Positions 63,390 through 64,000 of a stretch of DNA of 64,000 nucleotides are shown here, one piece after another. The translations under genes were made by a program, and so were the position numbers. Each line of letters begins with the position of its first letter. The stretch's first letter is position 1. This DNA comes from Lama guanicoe (taxonomy: Eukaryota). The stretch lies in contig MU053472.1 of NCBI GenBank assembly GCA_013239625.1, positions 2,577,822 to 2,641,821 of the forward strand. The letters run 5' to 3'. A model generated the notes under the pieces. The model was not told the DNA's origin, did not search any database, and saw only the letters and a program-made list of their open reading frames with translations.

Positions 63390-64000
63390 TTACTGTATTA
63401 GTATAGAAATGGGACAAACTGCAAAAACCAAATCTGGACTCAAATACATACTGAATTCAATGTATGATAAAACTAGCACTCCAGATCAGTGGGAGAAAGA
63501 TGGCTTATTCAATAAAAGTAATGAGGCAACTGTTCAGACTTTTTTTAAAAGCTGAATCATTACTTTATTCCAAAATAAAGCCCATATGTATCAACATTTA
63601 AAGATATATTAAAGCATAAAAATACTAAGGGAAATACGTATGAATATTTTATAATCTTGGAGTGGAAAAGGCCTTTTCGAGCATGTTACCAAATTCAGAA
63701 AAAAGAATTTATAAATTTTGGCTACTTAGGATTAAAACTTAGACCTTTTAAATGACATAAAAATACTACCCTTAAAAAAAGACATACTATATTCTTGACT
63801 AGGAAATATTAAAATCATAAATATGTCAATTACTCACAAATTAACATATAAATGCAATTCCAGTCAGAATACATTGATTTTACATCAGTAATGTATGAGT
63901 TGATACATGGATTTTACGGGACAGTAACTAACATTCATATGGAAGAATACATGCGAATAGTCAAGAATATTTGGAAAAGAAGACCAGTGAAGGGAGGCTC
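63390..64000 (+). mobile_element. Ancient L1 ORF2 fragments
   Basis: gatcagtgggagaaagatggcttattcaataaa; atgtcaattactcacaaattaacatataaatgcaattccagtcag. Confidence 0.6.

Overview
AT-rich, repeat-dense mammalian DNA, intergenic or deep intronic. It is most likely camelid, because it carries four tRNA-derived SINEs of the Vic-1 type. No intact protein-coding gene could be supported. The only recognisable gene-derived sequence is a full-length processed pseudogene of SRSF3 (50665-52205, +) with a poly(A) tail and target-site duplication (TSD). The rest is nested L1s, a decayed ERVL provirus, solo LTRs, MaLR LTRs, MER DNA transposons, MIR/L2 and microsatellites. The best observations are structural: (1) a ~1.7-2.3 kb inversion between two inverted same-family LTRs, shown by swapped TSDs and an MLT1 split into opposite orientations; (2) an L1 3' transduction whose junction was copied 11.6 kb downstream; (3) an orphan poly(A)/TSD retroposed insert of unknown origin; (4) weakly supported exon candidates for unannotated or decayed transcripts. 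Repeat family names come from recalled consensus sequences, not from a search, and boundaries without a TSD are approximate. I found no convincing novel biological system.
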